Assembly (NCBI GenBank): GCA_964016885.1 | Contig: OZ024740.1 | Location: 351,540,001-351,604,000, forward strand | Direction: 5' to 3' | Length of the DNA stretch: 64,000 nucleotides | From: Eledone cirrhosa | Lineage: Eukaryota | Part shown: in pieces, positions 1 to 12,593 of the stretch | How the letters are laid out: each line of letters starts with the position of its first letter | How positions within the stretch are numbered: position 1 is the stretch's first letter | Made by a program: the position numbers and the translations under genes | Notes under the pieces: model-generated | What the model saw: only the letters and a program-made list of their open reading frames with translations | The model's database searches: none | Told to the model about the DNA's origin: nothing

Positions 1-129
1 GTTTATTCAAACTACAATTATCTACTTATTAAATATATGTCCTTTTTCTACAAAGAATAAATAATGGTTGACCTAGAGTACAGCTGAGTACATTTTATGT
101 TTAAAAAGATTACTTCTGATCAGATAGGT

Positions 130-295
130 GCTGTCATGGCTGTTTGGTTAAGGCCTTCACTTCTCAACCATATGGTTCTGGATTTAGTCTGGCTGTGCAA
201 CACCTTAGGCAAATATCTTCTACCATAGTGTCAAGTTTACCAGGGCCTTCTGAGTGGAATTTGGTAGATGGAAACTGAAGAAGACTATCATGTAT
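130..295 (+). mobile_element. Older tRNA-derived SINE (family 2), diverged
   Basis: TGGCTGTTTGGTTAAG...CACCTTAGGCAAAT...ATTTGGTAGATGGAAACTGAAG...; related copies at ~27715-27815, 36975-37135, 42945-43030(-), 53365-53520, 53920-54065(-), 60540-60625(-). Confidence 0.7.
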
Positions 296-305
296 ATATT
301 ATATA

Positions 306-1029
306 CTAGCAGTGGTACCTGGCGTTGCACGGGATAAGGTATTTTGGAATGCGGGCTGCCAACAAACCTAATCGAGGAAAAACTGCATGCCTGGACAATA
401 TGTAAAGAAAATAAACCGAATTCTCTGATGGCTGGATAATCTTTAAGATTTTCCTCAATAAAGCAGGAAAAATGCAGGTTTTAAGGGATCAAGAAAATAA
501 AATTTTTTTATGTGAATAATATGCCTTGAAATTGCAGGAAAATCGACTAGACGTAACGCCTCAAAAAAGCCCTAAAAAGCTGAAAAAATGAAGTTTTTTC
601 ACCTAATGCGGGCCCTAGGCCATAAAAAAGTTGGATTTTGTGTGCATAGCACTCCCTGGAACATAAGTAATACACATGTAAAGTTTGAAAAACATCGGTT
701 GGGTACTTCTCGAGTTTTAGGGATTCAAACTCACAGACACACACACAGACATCCTCAGAGAAGTGACGTAATGCAGACAGCCAGACATACAGACAGATAT
801 TATAAGGGCGCGACGTTATATGTATGTATCTATCTAAAAAGAGGAAGACTAGGAATTATAGAGAGAGATCGCTAAATCGCCCAATGCGGTCCCTAGGGCA
901 TTGAAAATTTGAAATTGTTTTTCTCAGAACACTCCCTGAAACATAAGTATTACATGTGTAAAGTTTGAAAACAGTCGGTTGGGTTGTTCTGTACACACAG
1001 ACAGACATCCTCAGTTTTATATATATAGA
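306..1029 (-). mobile_element. Non-autonomous Helitron (family A)
   Basis: 5' TCTATATATATAAAACTGAGG; 3' hairpin CCCGTGCAACGCCAGG then CTAG|T; homologous to 47435-47914. Confidence 0.8.
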
Positions 1030-1556
1030 CTAGCAGAAAACCACCCAGTGGGCGGTTTTCTGCTAGCAAATCTAGTGTATATACTGATATTGTTGAGATT
1101 TGGATGAGAAATGTTTTCGGCACCACATGTTCACCGTCTCTCGGTGTGTCTTTTATGCATGCATAAATATATATGTTATCTATACGGTGAAATCTTTGAA
1201 ATAAATATATGTTAAAACGAAAAAGGAGAAAAAGATTAGTGACGGAAATATAAACGTTATGATATAACGATGGAAATATATCTTCAAATGGTCCTTGGCA
1301 TGGTGTCAAGTCAGAACCGCCTCGAACTGGTTACTTCTGGCTTGTGCAAGGTGTCTCTATAGCAACCAGCGATTCCCTCGGCCTCAGTGACCAAAGTCAG
1401 TGGAGAGGGGAAGGTAATGTTTCTATAGCGACAGTGTTTCTCTTGGTAGTACCAAAGTGGAGAAAGGAAGGGGAAGGTAATATTTCTGTAGCACCTACAT
1501 TTGAGTTTTAGGGAAGGATAGACAGACAGACAAACAGAGAAATGCCCATATATTTC

Positions 1557-1613
<57 letters not shown>

Positions 1614-1641
1614 CACACACAGAAATGTATATATATTTCTG

Positions 1642-1702
<61 letters not shown>

Positions 1703-2369
1703 CACACACAGAAATGTATATATATTTCTGTGTGTATATATATATATTACACACACAGAAATGTATATATATTTCTTAGAACAAAATTATTATTAATGTT
1801 TTGCTGTTCATAACAATTGGAATTGAAAAATTACTTTTGAAATTATTAGTTATTTTACTAATGCTTAGATATGTAAAAATGAAGCAATGTTTCTAATAAT
1901 TGTTTCTACTTTTGGCACAAGGCCAGCAATTACCCAGTACATTACTGGTTCTTTATTTTATCGACCCCGTGAGGATGAAAGACAAAGTTAACCTCAGTGG
2001 TATTTGAACTCAGACCGTAAAGGGACGTAACTCCATGCTATGAAGCATGGTGTCCGACTCTCTACAGATTCTGCCAATCCACCGCCCTAATGTCTGTACG
2101 TAATGAGGGAGTGAGAGGGGAGAGAAAGAAAGGCAGAGGTGAAGTGACGAAGTGACTCTCTCCTCCTCCTCCTCCATCTCCCCATTCGTCACAGCGATAG
2201 AGGGGAGGAATGTTAGTGTGTTACAAAGAGAAAGAGTGAGAGAAACAGACAGACTAAAAGAGAGGGAAAGCTGGAGAGAGAGAGATAACAACCACGCGCG
2301 CACGTGTTTCCACTGTCGGACAGACAGACAGACAGACAGAGAAATTGCTGGTTATATATTATAAGTAGA
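1030..2369 (-). mobile_element. Composite non-autonomous Helitron abutting family A
   Basis: 5' A|TCTACTTATAATATATAACC at 2369; 3' palindromic CTAG terminus at 1030-1066; contains a SINE and a minisatellite. Confidence 0.55.
1545..1776. repeat. Palindromic minisatellite interleaved with (TA)n
   Basis: Unit ACACACAGAAAT-GTATATAT-ATTTCTGTGTGT separated by (TA)n runs. Confidence 0.85.
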
Positions 2370-3033
2370 TGTGCATGTTCCATAACAAAAAAGTAATCGA
2401 TAAAATAAGTGCTGGGAGTGATGTGGTCAATTGAACCAAGGTAGTCTCCCTGCATGGCTGCATTTTAGTGACTGAAACCAGTAATAAGATAAAAGAAAGA
2501 ATGCTACAAATCTTTATCCAGATGGAGGAGCTTTGTGAAAGACATATACCATATATATTTGTGTATAAGTTACACTGGTAGTTAAGTTTCACTTCCATTT
2601 TACATACAACATTTACAATGTACCAAGAGGTGGTGTTGATGGGTGTGGGGGAGTTGGAGTAGTGGGATGGGGGTGTATATTTGATTAAGAGGTGCCTACT
2701 GACTGTAGGTTTCGCTTTGTACTTAGGCAAGGCAGGGCTTCTGTATTACTGCATATATTGGTATATATGGTGTACTTCATTATATATAACATAGAAACAA
2801 CAAAAATCATACTAAAAATGAGGCTGCCTCTTTATACAACAAAATACCTCAGATTTTTTAAACTATTGATGACTCACTACAAGGTACAAGTGTTACATTA
2901 GAGTACTGCTTATATATCTGAGATGGTGCAACTACTATACAAACAATCATTGAAGATGATATTCAAATACAGGCAATCTGATCGATTGGCAAACCATTAA
3001 TCACATGTTACAACCACTTCATTATACCGATGT

Positions 3034-6000
3034 ATCATCATCACCGTTTTACGTCCGTTCTTCCACGCTAGCATGGGTTAGATGGGTTGTCCTGTTGTGG
3101 GCAGTGTCTGGTCGGCTGACCATGCCTTGCTCATACAGGAACTGATTTGGCTTGATTTCTACAGCTGGATGCCCTTCCTAACACCAACCTCATTTACAGT
3201 GAGTGCTGGGTGCTTTTTCGTGGCGTCTACACGTCCACTTTACAGTGTGGGCTGGGTGCTTTTTTGCCGTGGCACCTCCACAACCACCTTGCAGTGGGGG
3301 TGTGGGGGCATATTGTCTATATGCTTCAGCTTGTACCCATGGGAGGTCGGGTACTCTGTATTACTGCGTGACGCCAGAGATCACGGTCGTGTGTCATCGC
3401 CTTTCAGAGGTGTAATTGGGTAAGGTCGGCTTTTATCACCTCATCCCAGGTCATCTTGGGTCTCCCCACTCCGCGGTTTCCATCGACTTCTAGTGCTCTG
3501 CACCTTTTTATGCAGCTGTCATCCTTCATACGCATCACATGTCCATCCCAGCGCAACCGCCTCTCCTGCACACAGCATTTGATTCCTCTTATGCTCAGTC
3601 TCTCTCTCTCAATTCATTTATGCTTTGTCGTTCGCGTATATTACTGTTACACATCCATCGGAGCATGCAGGCTTCGTTTCTCTCTAATCTACGTAAGTCT
3701 TCCAGCTTCGGCGCCCAGGTCTCACTACCATGCAACATCGCTGTTCGGATACATGCATCATACAGTCTGCCTTTCATTTTGAGGGAGAAGCCTTTTGCAG
3801 CTAGCAGTGGTAGTAGTTCCCTAAACTTCTTCCATCCCGTTCTTACCCTAGTTATTATACTTTCTGAACACCCACCTCCACTGCTAATTCAGTCACCTAG
3901 GTAGCAGAAGCAGTCTACTGTTTCTACAGAGCCCTCCCAGAGATTGGTGGTACTTGTTTCCTGTGGCTGTTTGCTGCTTGCTGTCCCAGCATAGCTGCTG
4001 CATGTGAAGCCTACATTCTTAATTAAGCTTCCTGAGATCCCGCTACATGTCTTGTGTACCCATTGTTTGCATTTGGGGCAGAGAATGGAGTTCCTACCTA
4101 CACCTTTCCTACATACTGAGCAAGGCCATTTCCCTGAGGGGATCTGGGTTCTGTTTTCTCGTCTACTTACAAGGACCTTAGTCTTTGTCATGTTGACTTT
4201 GAGACCCTTTCTTTCTAGTCCCTGCTTCCAAGTTTGGAATTTCTTCTCTAGTTCTACCATAGATTCAGCTATAAGTGCGAGGTCATCAGCATACAGGAGT
4301 TCCCATGGGCATCCGGTCTTAAACTCCTCCGTTATTGCCTGCAGGACTATGATGAACAGGGGGGGCTAAGAACAGAGCCCTGGTGGACCCCAACCTGTAT
4401 GCTAAATTCCTCGCTATACTCATTGCTAATCCTAACTTTGCTGACTGCTCCCCTATACATGGCTTGTACCACTTTCACAAGCCATTCATCTACTCCTAGT
4501 TTTCTAAGCCCACCAGATTACAGCATGTGGAACTCTGTCAAAGGCTTTCTCAAGGTCGACAAATGCCAAGTAGAGTGGCTTACTTTTAGCTAGGTACTTT
4601 TCCTGTAACTGCCTGACAAGGAAGAGGGCATCAGTGGTGCCTCTTCCTGGTACAAACCCAAATTGCATCTCATCTAGTTTCACCCGGTCCCTAATCAACT
4701 GTGCTATAACTCTTTCTGATACTTTCATGACCTGTTCCATCAGCTTTATACCTCTATAGTTTCCTCTATCTAGTGCATCACCTTTACCTTTGTAGCAGTT
4801 GACAATGATGCTACTGCACCAATCTTTTGGTATGACACCTTCTAGTATTACCTGGTTAACAATACGTGTGGTTATAGTGTGACCTACAGACCCAGATGCC
4901 TTCAGCATCTCGGCAGCTATACCCAATGGACCGGTTGCCTTCCCCATCTTCATATCTTTGATTGCCTTACTTACTACGTTGCTGCTGACTTGTACTGCTG
5001 GCCCCTCTATAGGGTCTACTTGGGGTAGGGTCTCTTCTTCCCATGCATTCTCCTCATTTAGTAATCTATCATAATGACTCTTCCATGCATCTTGCTTCTC
5101 AGCACTTGTGAGGGCAAGCTCACCTTTATCATTCTGGATACACTTCTCTCCAATGACATCACAATTCTCTCTGACACACTGCCTCGCAATCTTGTACACC
5201 TCCTGTTTCTGGTCCTCACGTTGCAAAACATGCTTGAATTTTCTATCCTCTGCTTCCCTCCTAGCTAAGTATACTTGTCGCCTAGCTTCCCTCTTGGTCT
5301 CTATGTAATGTACCCTGCTCCCCCCGTTCTTCCATTCTTTCCATGCCTGTCTCTTGGCCTTAACTGCCTCATCTACCTTATTGTTCCACCACCAAGTCAC
5401 TCTCCTCCTGCTTGAGGTCTTACTCCAGCAACAGACCTCATCCGTCGCCTCTAGTAAGTTATTTTTTAGGAACTCCCAGTTCTCTTCTACATTGAATGTC
5501 TCTATCTGTTCTTCTTTACTGTCGTAGGCATTGAGTAAAATATCTTTAAATCTGTTACTGGTTGAGGGGTCTTTCAGCTTCCAGATCTTTCTTCTCCAGG
5601 TTGGCCTCTGTTTCCAGGTTCGTCTAGTTCTGACAGTGAGGTCGCTGACAACTAAGCTATGTTGGGATGTACATTCCTCACTAGGGAAGACTTTTGTGTT
5701 TACGACTGTCCATCTGTCACGTCCTCTGATGAGGATAAAATCTATCTGACTAGAGTGCTCCCCTGATCTATAGGTCATCAGGTGGTTGTTGGGTTTTTTA
5801 AAGTTTGTGTTACATATCGACATGTCATTGGCGTCGCAGAATTCTAGAAGTCTGAATCCTTCCTCATTTCTTGTGCCAACCCCATGGCCTCCATGTACTC
5901 TATTGAAGCCGTCGCAGTGTTTACCTACGTGTCCGTTAAAATCTCCTGCGATGATTAGGAAGTCATTGTCGTCTGTTAGAGCAGTAGTGTGCATTAGGGA

Positions 6001-6098
6001 CTCGTAAAACCTATCCTTAAGTTCGTCTGGCAGCCCTGATTGGGGTGCGTAAGCTGATATTATTGTGGTAATTGTTTTATTCAGGACTAGTCGTATAT
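3034..6098 (-). mobile_element. RTE-clade LINE, 5'-truncated and frameshifted (APE-RT-PHD, long 3' UTR, (GAT)n tail)
   Basis: ORFs 4504-5994 (GDFNGHVG, QIDFIL, QFGFVPGRGTTDA, FVDLEKAFDRV), 3889-4260 and 3595-3777; SAYAPQ APE motif near 6045; tail appears as catcatcatc on +. Confidence 0.95.
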
Positions 6099-6312
6099 TC
6101 TTTCTTTTTCTTCTAGCACTAATGCAATGATACTTGCTCCTTTATTTCTACAAATGTTAATTTCCTCATAATAATGTATGTATGGGTCCATAACTCCTGA
6201 TTGAGTTGTGGGTTACTGTAGTGCCACACATCATTTCTTTGGGTAGTTTTTAAAAACTTGGTGGAGCACATCTCCCTTTCCAGTTCTGAACACAGCTGTT
6301 TTCCTCCAGAGA

Positions 6313-6364
<52 letters not shown>

Positions 6365-7434
6365 AAGTGAGAAAGAGATATAGAAGAAGAATTGACCCTA
6401 GTACTAAATTGGTACTTCTTTTATTGACCTTGAAAGATTGAAGGGCTAAGTTGACCTTGGCAGGATTTGAACTCAGAGAATGCAAATAGCCGGAATGAAT
6501 ACCACAAAACATTCTATCTGAGGTTTTAACAACTCCACCTACCTGTCTCCTCTTAATAATAACTGGTGGTTTTTCTTGGCAATCTCATAATCATAACAGA
6601 GAAAACTGCACTTGAAATACTAACTTTCCTATTCAGAGCCAGAAAATACTTCTCTGCTGAACAGTTTTTGACTTTACAAGTTTCAAGTGAAACCCACAAT
6701 AGAATATTGTTCCCCCCTCTGGGATGGTGTTACTGCTACACATACTAATATCTTAGACCACAAAAAAAGCTATCTGACTACCAGAGAGTAACTCACAAAC
6801 ACACTTAAATTTCTAGTTCACTTAAATTTCAGGTTCTCGCTGTTTATTTTCTACTGCTCTTCAAAGTAATTTAGTTCCATATCACCTCTCCCAACCACAC
6901 CTGATATACTTGTTTCTTTCTCTCTTCTCCACTCATCACTCATTCTATGTCTCCCTTTCATAACCACTATACCCAATTTGTTTTCCAGCAGTCATTGAGT
7001 CACAAATGTTCAAAATGAACATCAACCACATCAATCTCACCAGTTTCAGAGGATCTGCTTGGGTTATGGGCACAGCCATAATATTTTTGGTGGGGGGAGG
7101 AGGGGAGGAATTGTTGGTTCGATCCTCTCCAATAGTTAACTGCTACTTATTTTATTGTCCATGGATTATTTAAAGGTCAATGTGATGTTGGCAGAATTTG
7201 AAGTTAGAACATAAAATAGACATAAATGAATACTGCAAGGCATTAAATTAACTCTTAGATACTGTATACATATATAGCATATGAGTGTGTATTGCAGCCC
7301 ACTGATGAAATAATTGACTGGAGTAAAGTTCCAGTCAGATGATAGGTGACATGGTTATGGAATTGAATTATAAATAGAGCCATAAAGGTTAAAAGACAGG
7401 CCTGAAAAGATCAAAAGGAAGATGGCAGCCAAGA

Positions 7435-7620
7435 ATAATTGTTTCTACTTTTTGGCACAAGGCCAGAAATTACCCAGTGCATTACTGGTACTTTATTTTA
7501 TCGACCCCGTAAGGATGAAAGGCAAAGTTAACCTCGGCGGGATTTGAACTCAGAATGGCAAGGGCCGTAACTCTATGCGTCAAAGCATGGCATCCAACCC
7601 TCTACCGATACTGCCAATCC
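7435..7620 (-). mobile_element. SINE family 1 copy with 16-bp TSD
   Basis: Flanked by ggcagccaagaataat on both sides (7424 and 7624). Confidence 0.9.
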
Positions 7621-7904
7621 AAGGGCAGCCAAGAATAATACCAAGTAGCTAGAAGAGAAGCTAAACTTCAGGTTTACATAACACAAAAAGAAGCTGAAAG
7701 CAAGGTTCACCAATATTCTGTGAAGAGAAGATCAGAGGCATGAGATGTTCTGGATTGCAAAGTAATGTGTCAGTGTCAATCAAAAATTGTTGGGGAAAAG
7801 TGTGTTTGAAAAGATATTGGTGAAGTTAGCCTCACTTTCACTCAGGAGAAAGATGCTTGGAAATGTTAGTATGAGTGCAGAGAATGAGTGATAGGAAGAA
7901 GGCA

Positions 7905-8630
7905 TACTGCTATTTGACTCAACAGAGGGATCAGAGAGAAGCAACTATTGAGGCATCAAACTGATGGGTCAAGTTATGAAAGCAACCAGAATGAGTTTTA
8001 GCATAACAAAATAGGAAAAGAATCAAATTAGATGAAATACAGTTTAGATTTATGCCAGGATAAAGTAACACTGATTTTCACTTATTAGTGAGACAACTTC
8101 ATGAGATGTTCCTGGCTAAGTATAAGCTGCTATATTTAGCTTTCATTGATCTGGAGAAAGCCTTTGATAGAATAACATGATCTGTTGTCTGGTAGTCATT
8201 AAGATGAATGGCTCTCAAGAACATGCAAGCCATGCACAAAGATGTTATCAACGAAATAAGAGCTAGCAATGAGTTTAATGATAAATTCAATGTACATGTG
8301 GATGTTCATCAAAGCCCTGTTCTCAGCTCACTCTTGTTCATTATAGTTCTCCTTATCATAGCAGAGGAGTTTAAGACTGGCTGCTGATGGTAACATCTAT
8401 GTGTTGATGTCATCATATTTATATTCTAATTTGAGGAAGATTTTGAAAAATTCCAGGTGTGGAAATAGAACCTAGAATTGAGAGGCACCATAGTAAATTC
8501 ATAGATACTAAAATCTTTGCAAGTATGAAAGAATATAGGATGCTGCTGCCATCAGAGAAATGGTTATGCTCAATGAACAGAAAAAGAATTTGTAGAAACT
8601 CCATACAGAGTAAACAGTAGGTGCACATGA
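7905..8630 (+). mobile_element. Old degenerate RTE RT fragment
   Basis: Decayed LDEIQFRF, LYLAFIDLEKAFDRI and VHQSPVLSSLLF motifs with many stops; an opposite-strand RTE remnant follows at ~8640-8875. Confidence 0.8.
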
Positions 8631-8967
8631 AGTATTACAATTCATCTAATTTGACTATTTCCCTAATTAGTTGTGCTAACACTCCCTCACTTTCATAACT
8701 TGATCCATGCTTTATGCCTCTGTAGTTGCTCTTTTCTAAGATCATGCCCCTTTCCTTTGTAACAAGTAATGATTATACTGCTACTCGACTCATTAAGTAT
8801 AACTGATTAACTATGCAAGTAACTCACTTGATTCTTACATTTCAGTATCTCAGCAACTAACTTTGATGGTCCAGCATATATATATATATATAGTTACAAC
8901 AGTGACATAAACATTTATATAGTCACATAGCTATTTATACTAAACTTTTACTACGGTATATATATAT

Positions 8968-9248
8968 ATCATCATCATCATCATCATCATTTTATGTCCG
9001 CTTTTCCCTGCTTGCAAGGGTTGGACGAGTCCTATTCAGCACAGCATCTCTCCACCTGTCACGGTCCTTCGCCATCTCCTCCGTGAGTTTCAGCGATCTC
9101 AGGTCTGCTCTCACCACCTCCGACCATGTTTTTCGTGGTCTACCTCTACTGCGTCTTCCCTCCACTGGGACTTCCTGGCACTTCTTCACCCATCGGTCAT
9201 CCTCTATGCACATCACATGTCCATACCATCTCAGCCTTCTCTCCTGCA
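8968..9248 (-). mobile_element. 3' end of a second RTE subfamily (short 3' UTR)
   Basis: ERRLRWYGHV...GRPRKTW...[13 protein letters not shown] directly followed by (ATG)n. Confidence 0.9.
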
Positions 9249-9277
9249 CACATACACACACACACATATATATATAT

Positions 9278-11867
9278 AATAAATTTCAAAGCATATTACT
9301 TGATGCTTTCGACAGTAAGGAAGAGCATCTAGAGTCGGATAATATAGAGGGACAGTGGGAATTTCTGAAAGCAAACCTGCTGTTGGCGACAGACGAAGTC
9401 TGTGGCTGGAGCAGGCCTGTAGGCAGGAGGAGAGTAACATGGTGGTGGAACAGTAAGGTGGAGGGGTCAATTAAGGCCAAAAAGCAGGCTTGGAAAGTAT
9501 GGCGGGATGGGGGAAGTAGAGTAGACTATCAAGTGGCCAGGAGGGAAGCTAGGAGAGAAGTGTACTTAGCAAGAAGGGAAGCTGAGGAAAGAAAGTTCAA
9601 GCATGCTCTACAACGCGATGACCAAAAACGTGAGGTGTTCAGGATTGCTAGGCAATGCGTCAAGGAAAACCATGATATTGTCGGGGAGAAGTGTGTACTT
9701 AACGATGATGGCATACTTGCCATCACCGACACTGATAAGAAGGTAGCTTAGAAGTGTCACTATGAAAGGCTACTAAATGAGGAGAATAAATGGGAGAAAG
9801 ACAGTCTCCCCCATATCGACCCAATAGAGGGACCAGCAGTGTTAGTCGAGGGGAGTATAATAAGTAAGGCAATCAAGGATATGAAGACGGGTAAGGCGGC
9901 TGGGCCTTCGGAAATAGTTGCTGAGATGCTGAAGGCATCTGGCACGGTGGGACACACCATGGTCACCCGCATAGTTAACCAAGTCGTACAGAATGGGGTT
10001 GTTCCGAAGGACTGGCATAGCAGCATCATCGTTAACTGTTATAAGGGTAAAGGAGACGCCCTAGATAGGAGTAACTATAGAGGCATTAAATTAATCGACC
10101 AGGTCATGAAGGTCACGGAAAAAGTAATAGCGCAACTAATCAGAGAGAGAATTGACCTAGATGAAATGCAGTTCGGGTTTGTGTCAGGCAAAAGCACCAC
10201 AGACGCTCTTTTCATAGTACGACAACTACAGGAGAAGTACCTAGCTAAAGGTAAACCCCTCTACTTAGCTTTTGTCGACCTGGAGAAAGCCTTCGACAGA
10301 GTCCCCCGCTCCATTATCTGGTGGGCTCTTAGAAAACTAGGCATTGACGAATGGCTTGTGAGGGCTATACAAGCCATGTATAAAGAAACAGTCAGCAAGG
10401 TTAGAATTAACAACGAATATAGTGAAGAGTTTAGCGTAAAAGTTGGCGTCCATCAGGGCTCTGTTCTCAGCCCCCTACTATTTATTATTGCCCTTCAGGC
10501 TATAACAGAGGAGTTCAAGACAGGCTGCCCATGGGAACTCCTATACGCAGACGACCTGACACTCATAGCGGAATCAATGGCCGAGCTAGAGAAGAAATTC
10601 CAAACATGGAAGCACGGCCTAGAGTCAAAAGGACTTAAAATTAACCTGGCTAAGACCAAAGTTCTAGTTTGTAGGAAAGAAAACAAGGCGGCGGTCCCTT
10701 CTGGGAAATGGTCGTGCTCGGTGTGTAGGAAAGGCGTAGGTAGAAACTCCATTTTATGTCCTAAATGCAAAGTATGGGTGCATAAAAGATGTAGTGGGAT
10801 CACAGGTAAGCTAACTAAGAACATAGATTTTACATGTGGCCGGTGTTCTGGTGAAATAAGTAGCAGCAAGTGCCCACAAAATACTAGCTCTTTCAATTGC
10901 GCAGAGGGTTCTATAGAAATAGTGGACAGCTTCCGTTACCTGGGCGATAAAATCAGCTGTGGGGGAGGGTGCTCTGAAAGTACTGTAGCTAGAGTCAGAA
11001 CTGGTTGGAAAAAGTTCAGAGAGCTTATACCACTATTAGCTGCTAAAGGGTTCTCTCTAAAAATGAAAGGCAGGTTGTACGATGCCTGCATACGAACAGC
11101 AATGTTGCATGGCAGTGAAACCTGGGCATTGTGTGCAGAGGATATACGCAGACTAGAGAGGAACGAAGCTTGCATGCTCCGCTGGATGTGTAACAGTAAT
11201 ATACGTGAACGGCAAAGCATAAACGAACTAAAGAAAAAATTAGAGATAAGAGGGATCAGATGTTGTTTACTCGAGAGAAGGCTACGTTGGTATGGACACG
11301 TGATGCGCATGAAAGTCGATAGCTGTATAACAAAGTGCAGGGCAATAAAGATAGACGGTAGCCACGGAATAGGCAGACCTAGAAAAACCTGGGACGAGCT
11401 GATAAACTCCGACCTCACACACTTACACCTCTCCAAGACAATGTCACTGGACCGAGACCTTTGGCGGTACTCAGTAACAGAGAAGACCCGCCTTGCCAGT
11501 AGGCATCTCTAACAAAATACACCCCGTCCCGCCACCACCACCACCCCATCCACACCACCCCGTTCTATGTAAAGTTATGTTGGTGCCGCGCCATCCAGGC
11601 CGAAACAAATGAGATCGTGTAGGTGTCACGACAAAAAAACACACAGTCCACGCTGTAATGTGGCCGTGTAGGCAACACGGTAAAAACCTCCCAGACCCAC
11701 ACTGTAAATGTGGTTGGTGTTAGGAAGGGCATCCAACTGTAGAAAACCTGCCAGACAGTCCTATGCGAGCAAGACAATCACTCTTGCCTCAAGTGGGACT
11801 ACCCCCGTCCAAACCCATGCAAGCGTGGAACACGGACGTTAAACGTTGATGATGATGATGATGATGA

Positions 11868-11870
<3 letters not shown>
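9278..11870 (+). mobile_element. RTE-clade LINE, 5'-truncated, RT region nearly intact
   Basis: ORF 9839-11512 (557 aa: FVDLEKAFD, GVHQGSVLSPLLF, LYADD, PHD, RRLRWYGHV). The upstream frame continues past a single TAG at 9749-9751; ends in (GAT)n then (TA)n. Confidence 0.95.
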
Positions 11871-11955
<85 letters not shown>

Positions 11956-12146
11956 ATAGGGAGAAAGAGACGATTATGAGGAAGAAAAATTTTGTTTTTT
12001 TCCCTTTTTTTTGTCTCTCTCTTTTTTCTGGGTTAGAAAATGATTAAAACGAAATGTTTTACTTTGTGTGAAGTGTTAAGGTATTAGTTGATTTATTTAT
12101 TATTTAACAATGGCATTTATTTATCTATTTATATATTTAATTATTG

Positions 12147-12189
12147 TCTATTACCGGTTTCTGCATTTACATGCATTATCAAATGATAG
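12147..12189 (-). ncRNA. Minimal type I hammerhead motif (U3-A8 variant), Penelope-like
   Basis: Minus strand reads UUGAUAA UGCAU-GUAA-AUGCA GAAA CCGG UA; palindromic minimal stem III; stem I weak. Confidence 0.65.
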
Positions 12190-12593
12190 TGAAATGTATT
12201 AGTGTGGTGTCACACATGTTAAACAGAAGGTGCAGAAAGAATAATGTTATTTACAAACAAGGTTGAAGAAGTGAAAAGAAAAAAGAAAAAGGAAAGAAAA
12301 ACGTCCATAATGTGGAACGTAAAAAGTCAATGTGGAAGAAAAGTTAATGTTATTTACAAGCACATATATATATATATATATATATTTGTTTTGCAAGGTT
12401 TTTGATATGAAATCGTGTGTCGAAACGAATATAGTTATACATGGGGAGGGTCATATTGTTGTAATATTGCCAGAAATAATAACAGAAAACACTCACTGTT
12501 TGGTTGGGTTTCGCTTCTGTATCTTTTATATCTCCATAGTTAATTTATCTGGCAATATATATATTTATATCTGTATTTTTAACCGTTGGTCAA

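Noticed and set aside
1495-1813. ORFs such as YIYIYI, LSLSLS, ERERER, CGVVW and HHTTP here and at ~39971-40414, ~53579-53961
   Set aside because: These are translations of microsatellites, not genes.
7298-7335. Isolated CTGATGA
   Set aside because: No stem II or GAAA follows.
12395-12432. TTGATAT GAAA-TCGTG-TGTC GAAAC, possible hammerhead on +
   Set aside because: A9 and stem II are mismatched, and the 3' half appears replaced by an inverted-repeat arm.
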